From the IMG/VR virus record IMGVR_UViG_2049941000_000054: a stretch of DNA of 19,853 bases. One strand, 5' to 3'. Each line of letters opens with the position of its first letter. Position 1 is the stretch's first letter. The translations under genes and the position numbers were made by a program. Below, in pieces: positions 18,301 through 19,853 of the stretch. The notes beneath the pieces are model-generated. The model did not search any database and was not told the origin of the DNA. It worked only from the letters and a program-made list of their open reading frames with translations. The stretch comes from an uncultured virus (IMG/VR IMGVR_UViG_2049941000_000054) (Duplodnaviria > Heunggongvirae > Uroviricota > Caudoviricetes).

Positions 18301-19853
18301 GGTGTCAGTGGCATATCTGCAACTGATTTTCTGAGCATCGATACTACGAAAAAGAGCAAGGCGGTACAGGATCTGCAGAAACTCCTTCAGCAACTCTGGG
18401 ATGCGAAGACAGATTACGACACGAGCGAAAGGAAGAAGCAAATCGAGGATGCGCTAAAGAAATTGTCCGAAGAGATAAAGCGTAGCGAAACCGCGAAGAA
18501 CTTCTTTGAGAACGTTTTGGGTCTAACCGGGGACAAGGAGCTTGCCGGGAATCTTGCCGTAAGTGTGTATGGCGACCCGGGCGAGGAGATCGGCACGCGC
18601 ATAAAGGACAGTATAGAGGGTGCGTTAGACGGGATGAAGCTCGACAAGACTTCAGGCATTGGTAAAACGCTTCTTGATGCGGCTGGAAATATGGATTTCC
18701 GAGAAGTGATGAAAAACTTCGACCAAATCCCTCATGATTTGCAGGAAACCGTCAAGAATGCCGCTGCCGTCGTTGAAAAGTACAATACGGACACGGCAAA
18801 TAGTTACGTAAAGCTGTTGATGCAATTCGACGAGATCGGGCAGAAGCGCCGGACTATCGAGGATAAGGCAGATAAGGATATTGCTACGCTACGAGAAGGT
18901 TTAGCACTCGAACTCAAGGCGATCAACGAAAAGATGGAGGGAGAGGAAAAGGAAGCCGCAGAGAAAGCAGCGAGAGCAAGAGAGGAGGCGGCAGAAGAGG
19001 GCGTTAATCGCCAGCGAGAACTTGATTTGCTTCGTACTAGTCGCGATTATCGCCTTTTCTTTGAGACTATTGGCACTATTTCCTTGGCGTCTGCCAGGAA
19101 GATTGCTAAGGCGGAAAGAGATATTGTTTCGAAACAATTCGAAGCGCGCGAGATATCCTTGAATCAGTATCTCCGTGCTCTTGCTAGGATAGACGAGCAA
19201 CTCAAGAAATACGAAGACGAGAGGAATCCAATCGTAACGTATTTAACCAAGGGTCTTGACGGCTTGTTCGAAAAATTAAAGCAGACCGACATTAATCTCC
19301 GCGCTTTTGCTGGTAATCTCAAGGATGATGAAGGTAATTTCAGTCTCCCGGAAGGTCTTAAAGAGGCCGTTAATACCATAGGAAAAATATTCGGTGGTAG
19401 TATTTTCGGAGAGAATATAAAGGGGCGCAAGAATGTATTTGAGCAACTGAAGGAGCAAAACAAGGAGAATGCTGACGCCTGGGAGGAGACTCTCGATCGG
19501 GTTGCAGAGAAACTCGGAGAGATGGGTTCTNNNNNNNNNNCTGGGCAGGATTCTGGGTCAGTTTTGCTGGCGGAGCCGTCAAATCTTTCGACCAGATAGC
19601 CCAGAAGTCAAAGAATACGGAGGGCGAAGTTAAGGAAGGATGGAATGCCGTCGGTAAATTTATTATGACATCCGCCGCAGGTATGCTTGTCGGGAACCCT
19701 CTTGGAGCGGGGGTTTTAGGTCAATTATGGGATGTCGATGACGCATGGGAACGCTTTACCTCGCTTAACGAGAAGGCGATGTCGGGCTTCGAGAAATTCA
19801 AGTCCGGCGATATTATCGGTGCTATTGCCGACAACATAGAGGGCTGGTCTGAA
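15341..19853 (+). CDS. Tail tape measure protein (3' truncated; several 10-nt gaps)
   Basis: About 1500 codons of helical/coiled-coil sequence. It has the tape-measure domain TKQLAAY...LADISAGLGVDMNRLILAYGQV...GQELRQFTEAGIP and hydrophobic segments. A frame stays open to the window end. Confidence 0.9.

Noticed and set aside
15341..19853. Tape measure apparently split into several ORFs or pseudogenised
   Set aside because: All frame changes coincide with 10-nt placeholder N gaps; the same applies to the portal and the head closure gene.
1..19853. Stop-codon reassignment as in some gut phages
   Set aside because: Long genes are intact in the standard code, and TAG, TGA and TAA all end genes at sensible boundaries.

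Overview
A ~20 kb fragment of a tailed (siphovirus-like) dsDNA phage, with all genes on the + strand and many N gaps. The host is probably in the Bacteroidota, based on TTTG-N19-TAnnTTTG promoter motifs and a DUF3127-like gene. Gene order: SF2 helicase C-terminus, DNA cytosine-C5 methyltransferase locus, VRR-NUC nuclease, metallophosphoesterase, probable TerS, SSB-like gene, TerL, portal, scaffold, head decoration protein, major capsid, head-tail joining genes, tail tube, tail assembly chaperone with a -1 frameshift signal, and tape measure. The most unusual part is ~1000-3000. There, a circularly permuted C5-MTase core (motifs IX-X precede I-VIII) is flanked by about seven short modules resembling target-recognition domains (TRDs). 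Five are separate overlapping mini-ORFs, each in the +1 frame of the previous ORF and mostly joined by a repeated LEVY/TATG junction. This is a candidate modular, split multispecific methyltransferase system. All calls come from motif reading and synteny; no database search was run.
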